A stretch of 64,000 nucleotides of DNA. It comes from Chloroflexota bacterium. Its GTDB lineage: Bacteria > Chloroflexota > Dormibacteria > CF-121. Positions 18,592 to 28,347 of the stretch are shown here, piece by piece. Within the stretch, counting starts at the first letter, position 1. Every line of letters starts with the position of its first letter. Under the pieces are notes generated by a model. That model was not told the origin of the DNA. It searched no databases and saw only the letters and a list, made by a program, of their open reading frames with translations. The stretch covers positions 21,548 to 85,547 of the forward strand of contig VBEN01000025.1 of NCBI GenBank assembly GCA_005881175.1. Direction: 5' to 3'. The translations under genes were made by a program, and so were the position numbers.

Positions 18592-19032
18592 CTAGCGAGC
18601 GCCGGCGGCCTTCGCCTGGCAGCGAGCGCAACGTCCGTGCACGACCAGGTCGGCGTTGCTCACCATGAACTGGTGTTCATCCGTGATGTGGTGCAGCACA
18701 GGGACCATGTGATCGCCCTCGATGTGCAGAGTCGAGCCGCACTGGTCGCACACGAGATGGTAGTGATCCGTCCCCTCCTCGGCCAATTCGTAGTAAGCGC
18801 GGTCGCGAATCCGGGTCTCCTTGACGAGGCCCAGCTCCTCCAGCACCTCGAGTGAACGATAGATCGTGGCCAGGTTGAAGCGAGGATACTGGCGGCGGAC
18901 CGAGCCCAGGATGTCGTCGGCACTGATGTGCTTCTTGCTGTGCCGCAGGGTGTCCCAGACGAGCTGGCGCTGCATCGTCAGCCGGTAGCCGGACGTATGC
19001 AGGGCCTCGGTTGCCGACTCCTTTGACGTCAT
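18592..19032 (-). CDS. Fur-family transcriptional regulator
   Basis: Winged-helix 'ATIYRSLEVLEELGLV', metal sites 'HYHLVCDQCG' and 'HGRCARC'. Length is 146 aa. Confidence 0.9.
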   Translation of the reverse strand: MTSKESATEALHTSGYRLTMQRQLVWDTLRHSKKHISADDILGSVRRQYPRFNLATIYRSLEVLEELGLVKETRIRDRAYYELAEEGTDHYHLVCDQCGSTLHIEGDHMVPVLHHITDEHQFMVSNADLVVHGRCARCQAKAAGAR

Positions 19033-19832
19033 CGCCTCATTGTGGCAGGCGAATGCGTCGTGGCCGTGGGTTGGTCCCCGGCCGTGGCACCTTTGTCATC
19101 GAGCCGGAAAAATATCACCCAGATGGCGACGAAATAGATCAGGTTGCCGAGTCCAAACATCACGAGGCCGGCCGCCAGCTGATCGTCGAGCGGCGAGAGC
19201 GGCGTCACCCGAGGAGCCGCGGCGTAGAACGGATAGAGAACGCTCGGCGAAAGGATGAAGGCCAGCCCGAGGATGGTCGGCGGCACCCCGGCAAACCCGA
19301 GATAGGCGATCTTCCCGATCACGCTCATACTCTTTGGCCGTCCGGCCGGCACCAGGATCGGCCACCAAAAGAGGAGGCCCACCGCGATAAAGCTGAGGTG
19401 TTCGAAGACGTGAACCGGCTCATTGCGAAGCGTCGCCTCGTAGAGAAAGGGCAGGTGCCACCCGGCCAGCACGAGATTGAAGATCACGTTCGCCGCCAGC
19501 GGCGACACATGAACGCGATGAAAGGCGCGCCACTGTTCCGGCAGCCCCAGCAACAGGAGCGGCGGAACCACCATCGCCAGCAGCAGATGCTGCAGCATGT
19601 GCAGGCTGAAGAGATAGCGGTCTCCGCCCGTGTCGATCGGCGACGCGAGGGCAAGGAACATCGCGAGCAGGCCGGCGGCGAAGTATGCCCGCGCCAGCGG
19701 CGACCAGGACGCCTCGCGTCCCCGGCTCCGTATCAGCCAGACGTAGGCGGCGGCCATCGCGAGGATGCCGGCCAGCACTGTGGGCTCCCACGTCCACGAC
19801 GTCAGGCTGAGGCTGGCATGCAGGGACGCCAC
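19029..19832 (-). CDS. Cytochrome c oxidase assembly factor CtaG-like membrane protein (Caa3_CtaG family)
   Basis: 'FSLHMLQHLLLAMVVPPLLLLGLP' motif. GTG 19832 directly follows the upstream stop at 19835-19837. The ORF extension to 19925 overlaps that gene. Confidence 0.8.
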   Translation of the reverse strand: MASLHASLSLTSWTWEPTVLAGILAMAAAYVWLIRSRGREASWSPLARAYFAAGLLAMFLALASPIDTGGDRYLFSLHMLQHLLLAMVVPPLLLLGLPEQWRAFHRVHVSPLAANVIFNLVLAGWHLPFLYEATLRNEPVHVFEHLSFIAVGLLFWWPILVPAGRPKSMSVIGKIAYLGFAGVPPTILGLAFILSPSVLYPFYAAAPRVTPLSPLDDQLAAGLVMFGLGNLIYFVAIWVIFFRLDDKGATAGDQPTATTHSPATMRR

Positions 19833-19834
19833 GA

Positions 19835-21172
19835 TCAGCCTTTGACCCCCTCCTGGACGATCGGTTGGGCGAGCAGCCAGAGACTCGTCATCGTGTAGCC
19901 GACCATGGCGGCGATCCACGGCCATTCTGCCCGCCTCCCCTGGGTTTCCGTCCGGGCCACCCGGCCGAGATACCCATGGGCCAGCACGACGGCGGCGATG
20001 TGGACGCCGATGATCAAGAGGATCTCGAAGTACCAGATGAACGCCGTGGGAACGAGATTCCGGTTCGGTTCGTACTGGACCGTCCCGAACAGGTTGAGCG
20101 TCCCACTGCCGAACGGGTCGGAGGCCTGGTGAATGAGCAGCTGTCCGTTGATGGCCAGGTAGCCGAAGTTGTGCGCAAGCAGATACCCGAACGCGATCGG
20201 CACCAGGGACGGGATCAGTCCGGCAATGACGTTGATCAGCGGCTCATCGAGATGGCCGACAGCGCGGACGGCCGCCGCGAAGCCGGTGAACAGCGCCCAG
20301 ATCAGGCCGACCATCCCGACGAACACGATGAGCAGCAGCCCCGTGTACCCGGCGGCACCCGACCTGAGGCTGTTGGGCAATTGGCTGACCACGTCCTTCC
20401 AGGCCGGCGTGGCCAGCAGCCCATCGAAGCTCACCGAGACGAGCAGCAACAAGACGAACGTCAAGCGGCTGATGGAGGCTTCGAACGGTCGCACTAGGCC
20501 ACCGAAGAATCCCCGACGCCCGGGCGCCCCGAATCGGAAGTAGCCCAAGCGGCCCCAGGTGGCGAACAGGACGGAAAACACCTCGCCCCGGCGGAGCCAG
20601 GTTTCCGCGCCAAACAGTGCGACCATGATGGCGTTCACGATCCCGTAGGCGAGAAGGACCTGCGCCGCGCCTGCAGGCGTCGTGGTGACGCCGTTGAAGA
20701 TCAGCTCGCCGCAGGCAAAGAGAAAAAATAAGCTCGTCGCCGGCCAGTAACCCCAGGACCGTGGCCAGTCGAGGCGCGCTTGCCCGCCCACCAACCGGGC
20801 GACGACATTCAATGGACTGATGTAGGGCCAGTAGTTCCCGACGATCGCAACGCTGATCGGCACCGCGATCCAGAAGACGAGCCAGACGGCGGTGACCACC
20901 ACGTTGTCCGGGGTGCTTTGCGATCCGACGAGGCCGCCCAGGATCAGGATCAGCGCGAGGACGACCATCAGCCAGCCCGGCCAGCTCGGCGTCTGCGGCA
21001 CGGGCGGCAGGTCATCACCGGTCGGCTGCATCCGCACCACCGGACGGCGAAGAACCAGCAGGAACGAGATGAACACCACCGCGCCCGCCCCGATAAGGAA
21101 CAGGTAAAGCGGCGCCGGCAGGTCGTAGCGGGTGCCGAAGGCATGCAGGGGCATGGGGATCATGGCGATCAC
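19835..21172 (-). CDS. Polytopic membrane protein of unknown function (445 aa)
   Basis: About ten or more hydrophobic segments by eye, and I recognise no family motif. It is co-directional and nearly contiguous with the CtaG-like gene. Confidence 0.65.
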   Translation of the reverse strand: MIAMIPMPLHAFGTRYDLPAPLYLFLIGAGAVVFISFLLVLRRPVVRMQPTGDDLPPVPQTPSWPGWLMVVLALILILGGLVGSQSTPDNVVVTAVWLVFWIAVPISVAIVGNYWPYISPLNVVARLVGGQARLDWPRSWGYWPATSLFFLFACGELIFNGVTTTPAGAAQVLLAYGIVNAIMVALFGAETWLRRGEVFSVLFATWGRLGYFRFGAPGRRGFFGGLVRPFEASISRLTFVLLLLVSVSFDGLLATPAWKDVVSQLPNSLRSGAAGYTGLLLIVFVGMVGLIWALFTGFAAAVRAVGHLDEPLINVIAGLIPSLVPIAFGYLLAHNFGYLAINGQLLIHQASDPFGSGTLNLFGTVQYEPNRNLVPTAFIWYFEILLIIGVHIAAVVLAHGYLGRVARTETQGRRAEWPWIAAMVGYTMTSLWLLAQPIVQEGVKG

Positions 21173-21189
21173 GATAGCGAATGCCTCGT

Positions 21190-21848
21190 TCAGGTTTTCT
21201 TCCGGGGCGTCGTGGGTTGTTGGTGCCGCCGGCGGCGGATCTCCTGGATGATCGCGATCACGCCGAAGATGATCACGAACGCCAGGATCCCGTAAAACTC
21301 CAGGTACCGTCCGAGGATCGTCACGATGCTGTCCCCCGGGGCGCCGGTCGGCGCCGTGGCCGCGTATTGTACTGGATCTCCTTGAAGGCGCCCGGCGGGA
21401 AGCGCATCGTCAGGTGATACATGGCGGCGATGGTGACCGGGCCATCGCCAGGCTGCCCCACGCAGTTGATGCGATAGACGTTGCCCCGGATGTCGATACC
21501 TGACGGGGCGGCCGGCGGGTTTGCCTCCGGTTCGATCGTGCATTTCACGGCCTGCGCCCCCGCCGGCGCTTTAAAGAAGCCGGGACCGAAAAACATGATC
21601 ACCTGGTTGTCGCCGGTCTGCGGGCCACCGCCCGCGACCTGGCCGTTCTGCACCGGAAGGATTACCTCGCCGGACAGCGGCGGCTTGTTGCCCGCCTTGA
21701 GATTTGGCGGCGGGGATTCCCAGCGATAGGGCTCAGGCGGCACAACGATGCCGTCATACAGCGGCGGCGCGGAGCGAGTGTGCAGCAGCGCCGCGGCCAT
21801 CAGGCCGAGCGCCAGCGCGACCAGGCCGACGCGCCGGGTGGGCATCAT
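21190..21848 (-). pseudogene. Secreted/C-terminally anchored protein of unknown function, apparent frameshift
   Basis: ATG 21848 overlaps the CPBP stop (ATGA). The signal/TM 'MMPTRRVGLVALALGLMAAALL' and the body run to '...FKEIQYN' in one frame (stop at 21321). The C-terminal '...AATAPTGAPGDSIVTILGRYLEFYGILAFVIIFGVIAIIQEIRRRR...' (TM anchor, stop at 21190) is in another frame. The junction is near 21363-21374. Confidence 0.5.
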
Positions 21849-22414
21849 GCCCAGAACCAGGCTCCCCAGTCTGCGACGGTGTGCGCCACGGCGCAGGGCA
21901 GCACCCGCCCGGTCAGCGCGCGCAACCCGCCAAGGGCCAGGCCGACCGCCGCGTCCGGCGGCATCGCACCAAAGCCGTAGCGAGGCAGGTGGATGAGGGC
22001 GAAAACGAGGGCGCCGGCCACGATGGCGACCGCCGGACCGGCCTCCTCGGTCCACCACTGGTAGAGCGCGCCCCGAATCGCGGTTTCCTCGAGAGTGGCG
22101 ATCACCGCCGCGATCGCCGCCCATTCCCAGAAGGCCGAGATGGCACGGCCGCTGAGCGGCATGGCCGCCACCGGCACCAGCAGGACGGCGCCGGTTGCCA
22201 GGCCGGCTGCCAACGCGCGCCCGCGTCCCCAGTGCGGCTCCGACGACGACCGCCCTCGCTCCCTCCAGCTGATCGCCAGCAAGCACGCCCCGAAGGTGGC
22301 GGTGCTGACGAGGTCGCCGGCCGGGAGCAGCAGAGTCCGAAGGACCGCCGCGCCCAGGACCAGGACGGTGATCCGAGCGGCCCGCCGCGGCGCGGCGAGT
22401 CGGACCTGGATCAA
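21845..22414 (-). CDS. CPBP-family intramembrane metalloprotease (CAAX protease-like)
   Basis: 'ATLEETAIRG' (EExxxR), 'FALIHLP' and 'AVAHTVADW' motifs. TTG 22414 overlaps the upstream TGA (TTGA). Confidence 0.75.
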   Translation of the reverse strand: MIQVRLAAPRRAARITVLVLGAAVLRTLLLPAGDLVSTATFGACLLAISWRERGRSSSEPHWGRGRALAAGLATGAVLLVPVAAMPLSGRAISAFWEWAAIAAVIATLEETAIRGALYQWWTEEAGPAVAIVAGALVFALIHLPRYGFGAMPPDAAVGLALGGLRALTGRVLPCAVAHTVADWGAWFWA

Positions 22415-23661
22415 CGGGGCAGCGGGATGAAGCCTACGGTTCCGGTCGCGTAGACCGGCGGATAGACGGTGACACTGTGCCGAATTCCCTGCCACTGCCA
22501 GATGACGGCGGCGGCGCGCGTGTTCTGACCGATCGCCGTGGAAGTCGTCGCGAACTTGAGGCCGGCGCCATTGGCCAGCGTCCCGTTCGGCAGGTCGAGG
22601 CCGCGGGCCGCGACAGCCATGCTCCCCGCGCCGAGGTCGCGCGCCTTCGGCATGACGTAATGGAACAGGGTCCAGGCCGCACTGAAACCGGCGAGTGACT
22701 CCTCCGTGGGATCGGTCCCGAATTCGCGCCGGTACGCGGCGGCGAAGCGCCCGTAGATGGCCTTCCCGGTGTCATTCAGGGCCTCCGGGTTGAAACCGTG
22801 CGGGGGACGGTCCGAGGCAAAGACCCCGATCGCGTCGGCACCCAACATGGCGCCGAAGTCGGGGACGCATTGGGCCATCGTCGAACCGATCAAGGCATCG
22901 ACGTGCAGGCCGCTCTTGAGCATGGCGCGGCGAAAATCGACGCCGTCGACGATATACGAGGCGAGCACGAGGATGTTCGGCTGGGCGGTGCGAACCTGCT
23001 GGAGAACGGACGCCCAGTCGGGGGCGTGCGCGTCGTAGACGACGTTGGCCACGATCTGGATGCCTTCGCGCTCCGCCTGCGCGTCGACGGCCGCCGCCAC
23101 CGATGTCGGATACCCATCAACGTTATGGACGATGGCCATCCGCAATCCCCGGGGCGGCAGGTTCAGCCGCGGCGCCAGCACGTGCGCGGCGAAATGGCTC
23201 GACATTTCTCCAAGGTTGGTCCCCGTTGCCCCTACCCGAAATACGAGCGGATAGCCGCGACCGGTGAGCTGGTCGGCCACCGCCCCCGCTTCCCAGTACA
23301 GCAACCCATTCGTTTGCGCCGCGGCGCTGACCGGCATCGAGAGGCTGCTCGAGTACGAGCCCAGGATGCTGTGCACGCCCTGCGCCTTCAGCTCCTGCAC
23401 CCGGCCGGCCGCATCCGACTCGGCCGTCAGATCCTTCGTGAGCAACGCGATCGGCACGCCATCGACCCCACCGTCCGCGTTCACCAGGTCTTTGGCGATC
23501 TGCACGCCGGCATACTCCTGCTTCGCCAGCGGCGCCTGGCTTCCGGTTAGCGGAAATAGGGCGCCCACTTTGACGGTCGCCGCTGCACTCGTGGTCGGGG
23601 TGGTGGCGCATGCGGTGCACGCGATGACCACCCCGATGGCGGCGAGCTGCCGAAATCGCAC
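22411..23661 (-). CDS. ABC-transporter substrate-binding protein, LivJ/branched-chain amino-acid type (Peripla_BP_6)
   Basis: Lipoprotein-like signal 'AAIGVVIACTAC', then 'VKVGALFPLTGSQAPLAKQEYAGVQIAKDLVNADGGV', typical of the family. Confidence 0.85.
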   Translation of the reverse strand: MRFRQLAAIGVVIACTACATTPTTSAAATVKVGALFPLTGSQAPLAKQEYAGVQIAKDLVNADGGVDGVPIALLTKDLTAESDAAGRVQELKAQGVHSILGSYSSSLSMPVSAAAQTNGLLYWEAGAVADQLTGRGYPLVFRVGATGTNLGEMSSHFAAHVLAPRLNLPPRGLRMAIVHNVDGYPTSVAAAVDAQAEREGIQIVANVVYDAHAPDWASVLQQVRTAQPNILVLASYIVDGVDFRRAMLKSGLHVDALIGSTMAQCVPDFGAMLGADAIGVFASDRPPHGFNPEALNDTGKAIYGRFAAAYRREFGTDPTEESLAGFSAAWTLFHYVMPKARDLGAGSMAVAARGLDLPNGTLANGAGLKFATTSTAIGQNTRAAAVIWQWQGIRHSVTVYPPVYATGTVGFIPLPR

Positions 23662-23722
23662 CTCACGAATTCTAGTTAGCTCCGCGACTGAAACGCGCGG
23701 AATCGCCGGCTCGCTGGCCTGC

Positions 23723-24643
23723 CTAGACCTGCTCGATGCCTTTGAGCAGGATCGTCACGAAAGCCCCCAGGGCCGTGATCCCGACGATGACGTACAGGAT
23801 CGGCCCGATCGTGGTGAATGGCACCTGGAAGAACGTCGCGGCGGCCGCGGCGAAAACAGTCAGCGCAATCGACGCCGAGGACGCTCGACCCCAGGGAGTA
23901 TGGCGAACCTTCAGGGTGCGCCGGCGGACCAGCTGGAACGCGATTCCGCCCACGATGGGGAAGGCATAACGCAACGTCACCAGCGCCGCCAGCCATTGGG
24001 GCAGGATGCCGATCACGGCCAGTGAGATCGCTGCCACGCTGAAGAAGATGCCGTCCATGAACGGGTCGTAGAGGCGGCCCCAGCGGGTCGAGGCGTGACG
24101 ACGCCGGGCCAGCCAGCCGTCCACCAGGTCGGTGAAGGCCGCCAGGCCGAAGACCCCGACGAGCGGCAGATACGACCCCTGGCTCGCCCAGTGCGCTGCC
24201 CACACCACCCAGACGGCGGCGAAGCCACGCACCTCTGTCAGCCGGTTGGGCCAGCCCAGCGACGACTGCAGTTCCCCGGACTCCAGGTTGACCATCAGTC
24301 CGAGGTGGAGGGCGAGATCGAACATCAGCACGCCCCACCACAGCAAGCTCGTCAGGAAAAAGAGGATCGCCTCGGTCGTTCCGTACGTGCGAAGCACCGC
24401 AACCGCCGCCAGCATGATTCCGATCACGCCGACGATGCTGAAGCGGAGCCAGGACGCGCGCAGCTCGTCGTTCAGTTGAAAAATCTGCACCGAGCGGATC
24501 CAGGAGGCGCGCCAGAAAGCCGCCCAGGCGCGCCGGCTGTAGCCGCCCTCCTTGAGATCGTGGAGGAGGCCGATGACGAACAGATTGGGGGGAAGGTCAG
24601 GCTCGTCTTTGTGACCTGGCCCCTCGGTCGGGCGGCGGACCAC
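23723..24643 (-). CDS. CDP-alcohol phosphatidyltransferase family protein with N-terminal membrane extension
   Basis: Complete motif 'DLVDGWLARRRHASTRWGRLYDPFMDG' (D-G-x2-A-R...G-x3-D-x3-D). Confidence 0.8.
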   Translation of the reverse strand: MVRRPTEGPGHKDEPDLPPNLFVIGLLHDLKEGGYSRRAWAAFWRASWIRSVQIFQLNDELRASWLRFSIVGVIGIMLAAVAVLRTYGTTEAILFFLTSLLWWGVLMFDLALHLGLMVNLESGELQSSLGWPNRLTEVRGFAAVWVVWAAHWASQGSYLPLVGVFGLAAFTDLVDGWLARRRHASTRWGRLYDPFMDGIFFSVAAISLAVIGILPQWLAALVTLRYAFPIVGGIAFQLVRRRTLKVRHTPWGRASSASIALTVFAAAAATFFQVPFTTIGPILYVIVGITALGAFVTILLKGIEQV

Positions 24644-24699
24644 GGTCTGAGTAAAGTCGCTTTCGCCTGAACCGTCAAGGACCCTCCGGACGCGCTAAT

Positions 24700-26880
24700 T
24701 CATGGCACGATCGGCGGCGAGATGCCGGGGAGCGGCGGAAGCGACGGCAACAGCCCGGGTAGTCCGGAGCCATCCCCCGACGCGCCCCCGCTCGGGTTGC
24801 CGCCCGGCGCCGAGCCGCAGCCGGCCAGCGGAGCGGCCGGATCCGGGATGACGACCAGGTCGGTGATCGCGAGGTCGGGCGAGAGATCCGCCGGCGCGGG
24901 CTGGCCGGTGAGCTTGCAGAGCGTCATCTTGGAGACATCGGTCGGGCGGGCCCAGTCGGCCGGCTTCTTGCTGCCGTAATAGGCCTTGACGAACTGCCGC
25001 CAGGAGGATGCCGGCCCGATCTCGCCCCACAGTCCGCCGGCCGGCCCCGTCATCGACTCGTTGTGAGGCGCCGGCTTGGTGACGGTGCGGCCCATCCAGG
25101 ACGCCACCGCCAGATCCGAGGTGTAGCCGATATACCAGGCATCCTTGAAGTCGGTCGTTGTGCCGGACTTGGCGGCCACCGGGAAGCCCATCGTCGGGCG
25201 GACCGCGCCCTTGAGGATATCCGTCAGCAGATACGTGGCGGAGGCCGGCAGCACGCGCTCGCCGGCATCGGGCTGCGGCCCGTTAGCCTCCAGCACGGTC
25301 CCGGCGGCGTCGCGGACTTCGAGCACATCCAGGGCGCGAACCCGATGGCCGCCGTTGGCGAAGGCGCTGTAGGCGGAGAGATGGTCGATCATCCGCAGCT
25401 CACTCGCACCGAGCGTCGTCGGCAGGCTCGGATCGAGGGGAGTGCTGATGCCAAGGTTCTTCGCCGTGGTGAAGACCTTCTGGATGCCGACGTCCTTGAA
25501 CAGATGGACCGACGAGATGTTGCGCGATTGCTGCAACGACTGGCGGAGCGTGATCGTGCCGAGCTCTTTGTTGTCCCAGTCATGGACCGGATAGCCAGGG
25601 AAGGCGTGGGCGCCGTTGCTGTCGTCGAGAGGCGAGGCGGGTGTCCAGCCGTTCATGAGCGCCGTGACATACGTGTATGGCTTGAACGAGGAACCCGGCT
25701 GGCGGGGCGCGACCGTGTAGTTGACCTGGCCACCGATACCCTCGTTGTAGTAGTCGGCGCTGCCAACCATGGCAAGGACTTCGCCGGTGTGCGGGTTCAT
25801 CACCAGCATGGCGCCGTTGTTGACCCGATAGCTGCGGGCGTAGCGGCCCACGCCGTCGTGAACGGCCCGCTGCGCCAGCGCCTGCGTTTTCGGATCCAGC
25901 GTGGTCACGATTCGCAGGCCCGCGCGCAGGAGGTAGCCAGGATCGTAGCGCTGCTCGAGCTCCTTCCAGACGTAGTCCACGAAATGCGGCGCCAGCGAGG
26001 CACGGTGACCGAAGGCCGCCTGGTGGGCCGCGGTGAGCGCGGGGCGCAGATCCTCCTGATACGCCTTCTCCGCAACGGCGGCCGGGATGTAGCCATCGCG
26101 CACCATGGCATCCAGCACGTCCCGCTGGCGTCCACGCGCGTGCGTGAACCCGTCGGGAAGGAACGGATTCAGATCGCTGGGCCGCTGCGGTAGGCCGGCC
26201 AACAGGCTGGCCTGGGCGAGGTCCAGCTTGCGGGCCGAGGTCCCAAAGTACGTCTGCGAGGCGGCCTCCACGCCGAACGATTGGTTGCCATAGAAGATGG
26301 TGTTCAGGTACATCTCGAGGATCTGGTCCTTGGTGTACTGGCGCTCCAGCTCGACCGCAAGCACCAGCTCGCGCGCCTTGCGATCGAGGCTGCGACTGCT
26401 GGCGCTATCCCCCAGCAGGTAATTCTTGACCAGCTGCTGGGTGATCGTGCTGCCGCCCTGGGCCGCCCGCTGGTGCAGGATGTCGTAGACACCGGCCGCC
26501 AGCAATCGAACCGGGTTGACGGCGCCGTGGTTGTAGAAATCGCGATCCTCGATCGCGATGGTGGCGTGGCGGAGATCCCAGGACACATCGTTGAGCGCTA
26601 CCACCGTTCGGCGCTGCTGGTAGCGCTCTTCCAGCAGGGTGACGCCGTCCCGGGCGTAAATCCGGGTCGTCTGCGGCAGGCTTTGCGCGCTGAGGTGATC
26701 GAGGGCGGGCAGTTCGCCGGCGTAGGTATAGAGCAAGGTTCCGGTGCCCACCAGGATGGTCAACAGGCCCACCGAGGTGAGGAGCAGGATGCGGCGCAAC
26801 CAGCGATGGCCGCCCGGCCGCCGTTGTCGCCGGCGCCGGACGGGAGCCTCAGCCATGGACCGACCGGTAAACGACGGCAT
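24700..26880 (-). CDS. Class A penicillin-binding protein (PBP1A-type transglycosylase/transpeptidase)
   Basis: GT51 motifs 'AIEDRDFYNHGAVN' and 'GGSTITQQLVKN'. Transpeptidase motifs 'GSSFKP', 'SRN' and 'KSGTT'. The tail is Pro/Gly-rich. Confidence 0.9.
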   Translation of the reverse strand: MPSFTGRSMAEAPVRRRRQRRPGGHRWLRRILLLTSVGLLTILVGTGTLLYTYAGELPALDHLSAQSLPQTTRIYARDGVTLLEERYQQRRTVVALNDVSWDLRHATIAIEDRDFYNHGAVNPVRLLAAGVYDILHQRAAQGGSTITQQLVKNYLLGDSASSRSLDRKARELVLAVELERQYTKDQILEMYLNTIFYGNQSFGVEAASQTYFGTSARKLDLAQASLLAGLPQRPSDLNPFLPDGFTHARGRQRDVLDAMVRDGYIPAAVAEKAYQEDLRPALTAAHQAAFGHRASLAPHFVDYVWKELEQRYDPGYLLRAGLRIVTTLDPKTQALAQRAVHDGVGRYARSYRVNNGAMLVMNPHTGEVLAMVGSADYYNEGIGGQVNYTVAPRQPGSSFKPYTYVTALMNGWTPASPLDDSNGAHAFPGYPVHDWDNKELGTITLRQSLQQSRNISSVHLFKDVGIQKVFTTAKNLGISTPLDPSLPTTLGASELRMIDHLSAYSAFANGGHRVRALDVLEVRDAAGTVLEANGPQPDAGERVLPASATYLLTDILKGAVRPTMGFPVAAKSGTTTDFKDAWYIGYTSDLAVASWMGRTVTKPAPHNESMTGPAGGLWGEIGPASSWRQFVKAYYGSKKPADWARPTDVSKMTLCKLTGQPAPADLSPDLAITDLVVIPDPAAPLAGCGSAPGGNPSGGASGDGSGLPGLLPSLPPLPGISPPIVP

Positions 26881-26916
26881 CGGCCGGAAGGTTACCGTGT
26901 CGGACCGTTTGGACGC

Positions 26917-28347
26917 TTAGTGCAGAAGCGCGGCGCGGCCGTAGCTGGCGGCGGCATAGAGCGGTCCCATCAGCAGCCCCATGAAGACGATGCCGATGGA
27001 GGCCAATCCGACGGTGGTCCGGATGCCACCGTCGAGACGCACCGGCACGACCTCGAATACCGGCGAGTCGAGGAACGCGGTGCGGATGATCCGCAGGTAG
27101 CCGAAGGCCGCCAGGACGATGTTGGCGACGCCGATGACGGCCAGCCAGGCGTAGCCGCCGTCGACCGCGGCCTGTAGGACGAGCAGCTTGCCGAAGAAAC
27201 CCGCCACCGGCGGCAAGCCGGCCAGGGAGAGCAAGGCCACGGCGAGCGCGAGGGCCAGAGCCGGCGACCATCGCGACATGCCGGCAAGGTCGCGGATGGC
27301 ATCGCTGTGCACGGAGCGCGCGTACGCGACCACCGTGCCGAAGGCGCCGAGAGTGGTCAACGCCAGTGCCACAAGGAATACCAGCAAGGCACTGATGCCG
27401 ACCCGCTTCAGGTCGGTAAACGCCATCAACGCGAAGCCGGCCTGCGCGATGCTCGAATACGCCAGTAGGCGACGCAGGCTGGTTTGCGTCAGCGCCAGCA
27501 GGTTGCCGGCGGTCATGGCGACCGCGGCCACGGCGGCGATCACCGCCGGGTACGCGATCCCGGTGCCGCTAAACGTCGCCGTCGCGAACCGGCCGAACAC
27601 GGCAAGGGCTGCGACCACACCAACCGACTCGACGAAGATCAGCACGCGCAAGGGAATGCCGACTTCGAAGCCGCGTGTCCACCACCGGACTGGGAGCAAG
27701 CCCATGCGGAAGGCCAAGCCGCCCAGGAGCAGGCTCAACGCCAGCAACGCCGCCGCCTGGTTCGGGTTGACCGACGCCAGGGCGCGTCCGGCCGCGCTGA
27801 GATTGGTCTCGCCACTGAGCCCGAAGACCAACGCCAAGCCGTAGAGCAACAGGCCGGAGCTGGCGGTGCCCACCACCAGGTAACCGAGGCTGGCGCTGAT
27901 GGCGCCGGCGCCCCGCCGCGCCAGGGCGGTCAACACATATAGGTTGACGGCGAGCAGCTCCAGGGACAGGAACAGCGAGATCATCTCGGCCGCCGAGACG
28001 GCCATCATGGCGCCCAGCGTCGCCAGCAGGAAGAACCCGGGGACGGCGCTGGCCGGTGACTCACCCGGAAGAAGATCAGCCCGGCTGGCCAGCAGGCTCA
28101 GTCCGGCGGCCGCGAGCAGGACGACATCGACGACGATGGCGAAGCCATCGAGGGTAAAGGCGCCGTCCAGGATCGTGATCGTCTGCTTGAATTGCGTCGC
28201 CAGCGCCAGGACAGCACCGGCAACCGCAATCAGCGCGATTGTGCTCGTGGTCCCCGGCGCAAACCTCGCCAGCAGGAAGACGAGGAGCGCTCCGGCAAAC
28301 AGCCACAGCTCCGGAGAGAAGGCGAGAAGATTCCCGAACGTGCTCAC
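26917..28347 (-). CDS. nuoN: NADH-quinone oxidoreductase subunit N
   Basis: ND2/NuoN-like multi-TM antiporter-type subunit and the last gene of the J-K-L-M-N series. It overlaps nuoM by 4 nt. Confidence 0.85.
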   Translation of the reverse strand: MSTFGNLLAFSPELWLFAGALLVFLLARFAPGTTSTIALIAVAGAVLALATQFKQTITILDGAFTLDGFAIVVDVVLLAAAGLSLLASRADLLPGESPASAVPGFFLLATLGAMMAVSAAEMISLFLSLELLAVNLYVLTALARRGAGAISASLGYLVVGTASSGLLLYGLALVFGLSGETNLSAAGRALASVNPNQAAALLALSLLLGGLAFRMGLLPVRWWTRGFEVGIPLRVLIFVESVGVVAALAVFGRFATATFSGTGIAYPAVIAAVAAVAMTAGNLLALTQTSLRRLLAYSSIAQAGFALMAFTDLKRVGISALLVFLVALALTTLGAFGTVVAYARSVHSDAIRDLAGMSRWSPALALALAVALLSLAGLPPVAGFFGKLLVLQAAVDGGYAWLAVIGVANIVLAAFGYLRIIRTAFLDSPVFEVVPVRLDGGIRTTVGLASIGIVFMGLLMGPLYAAASYGRAALLH

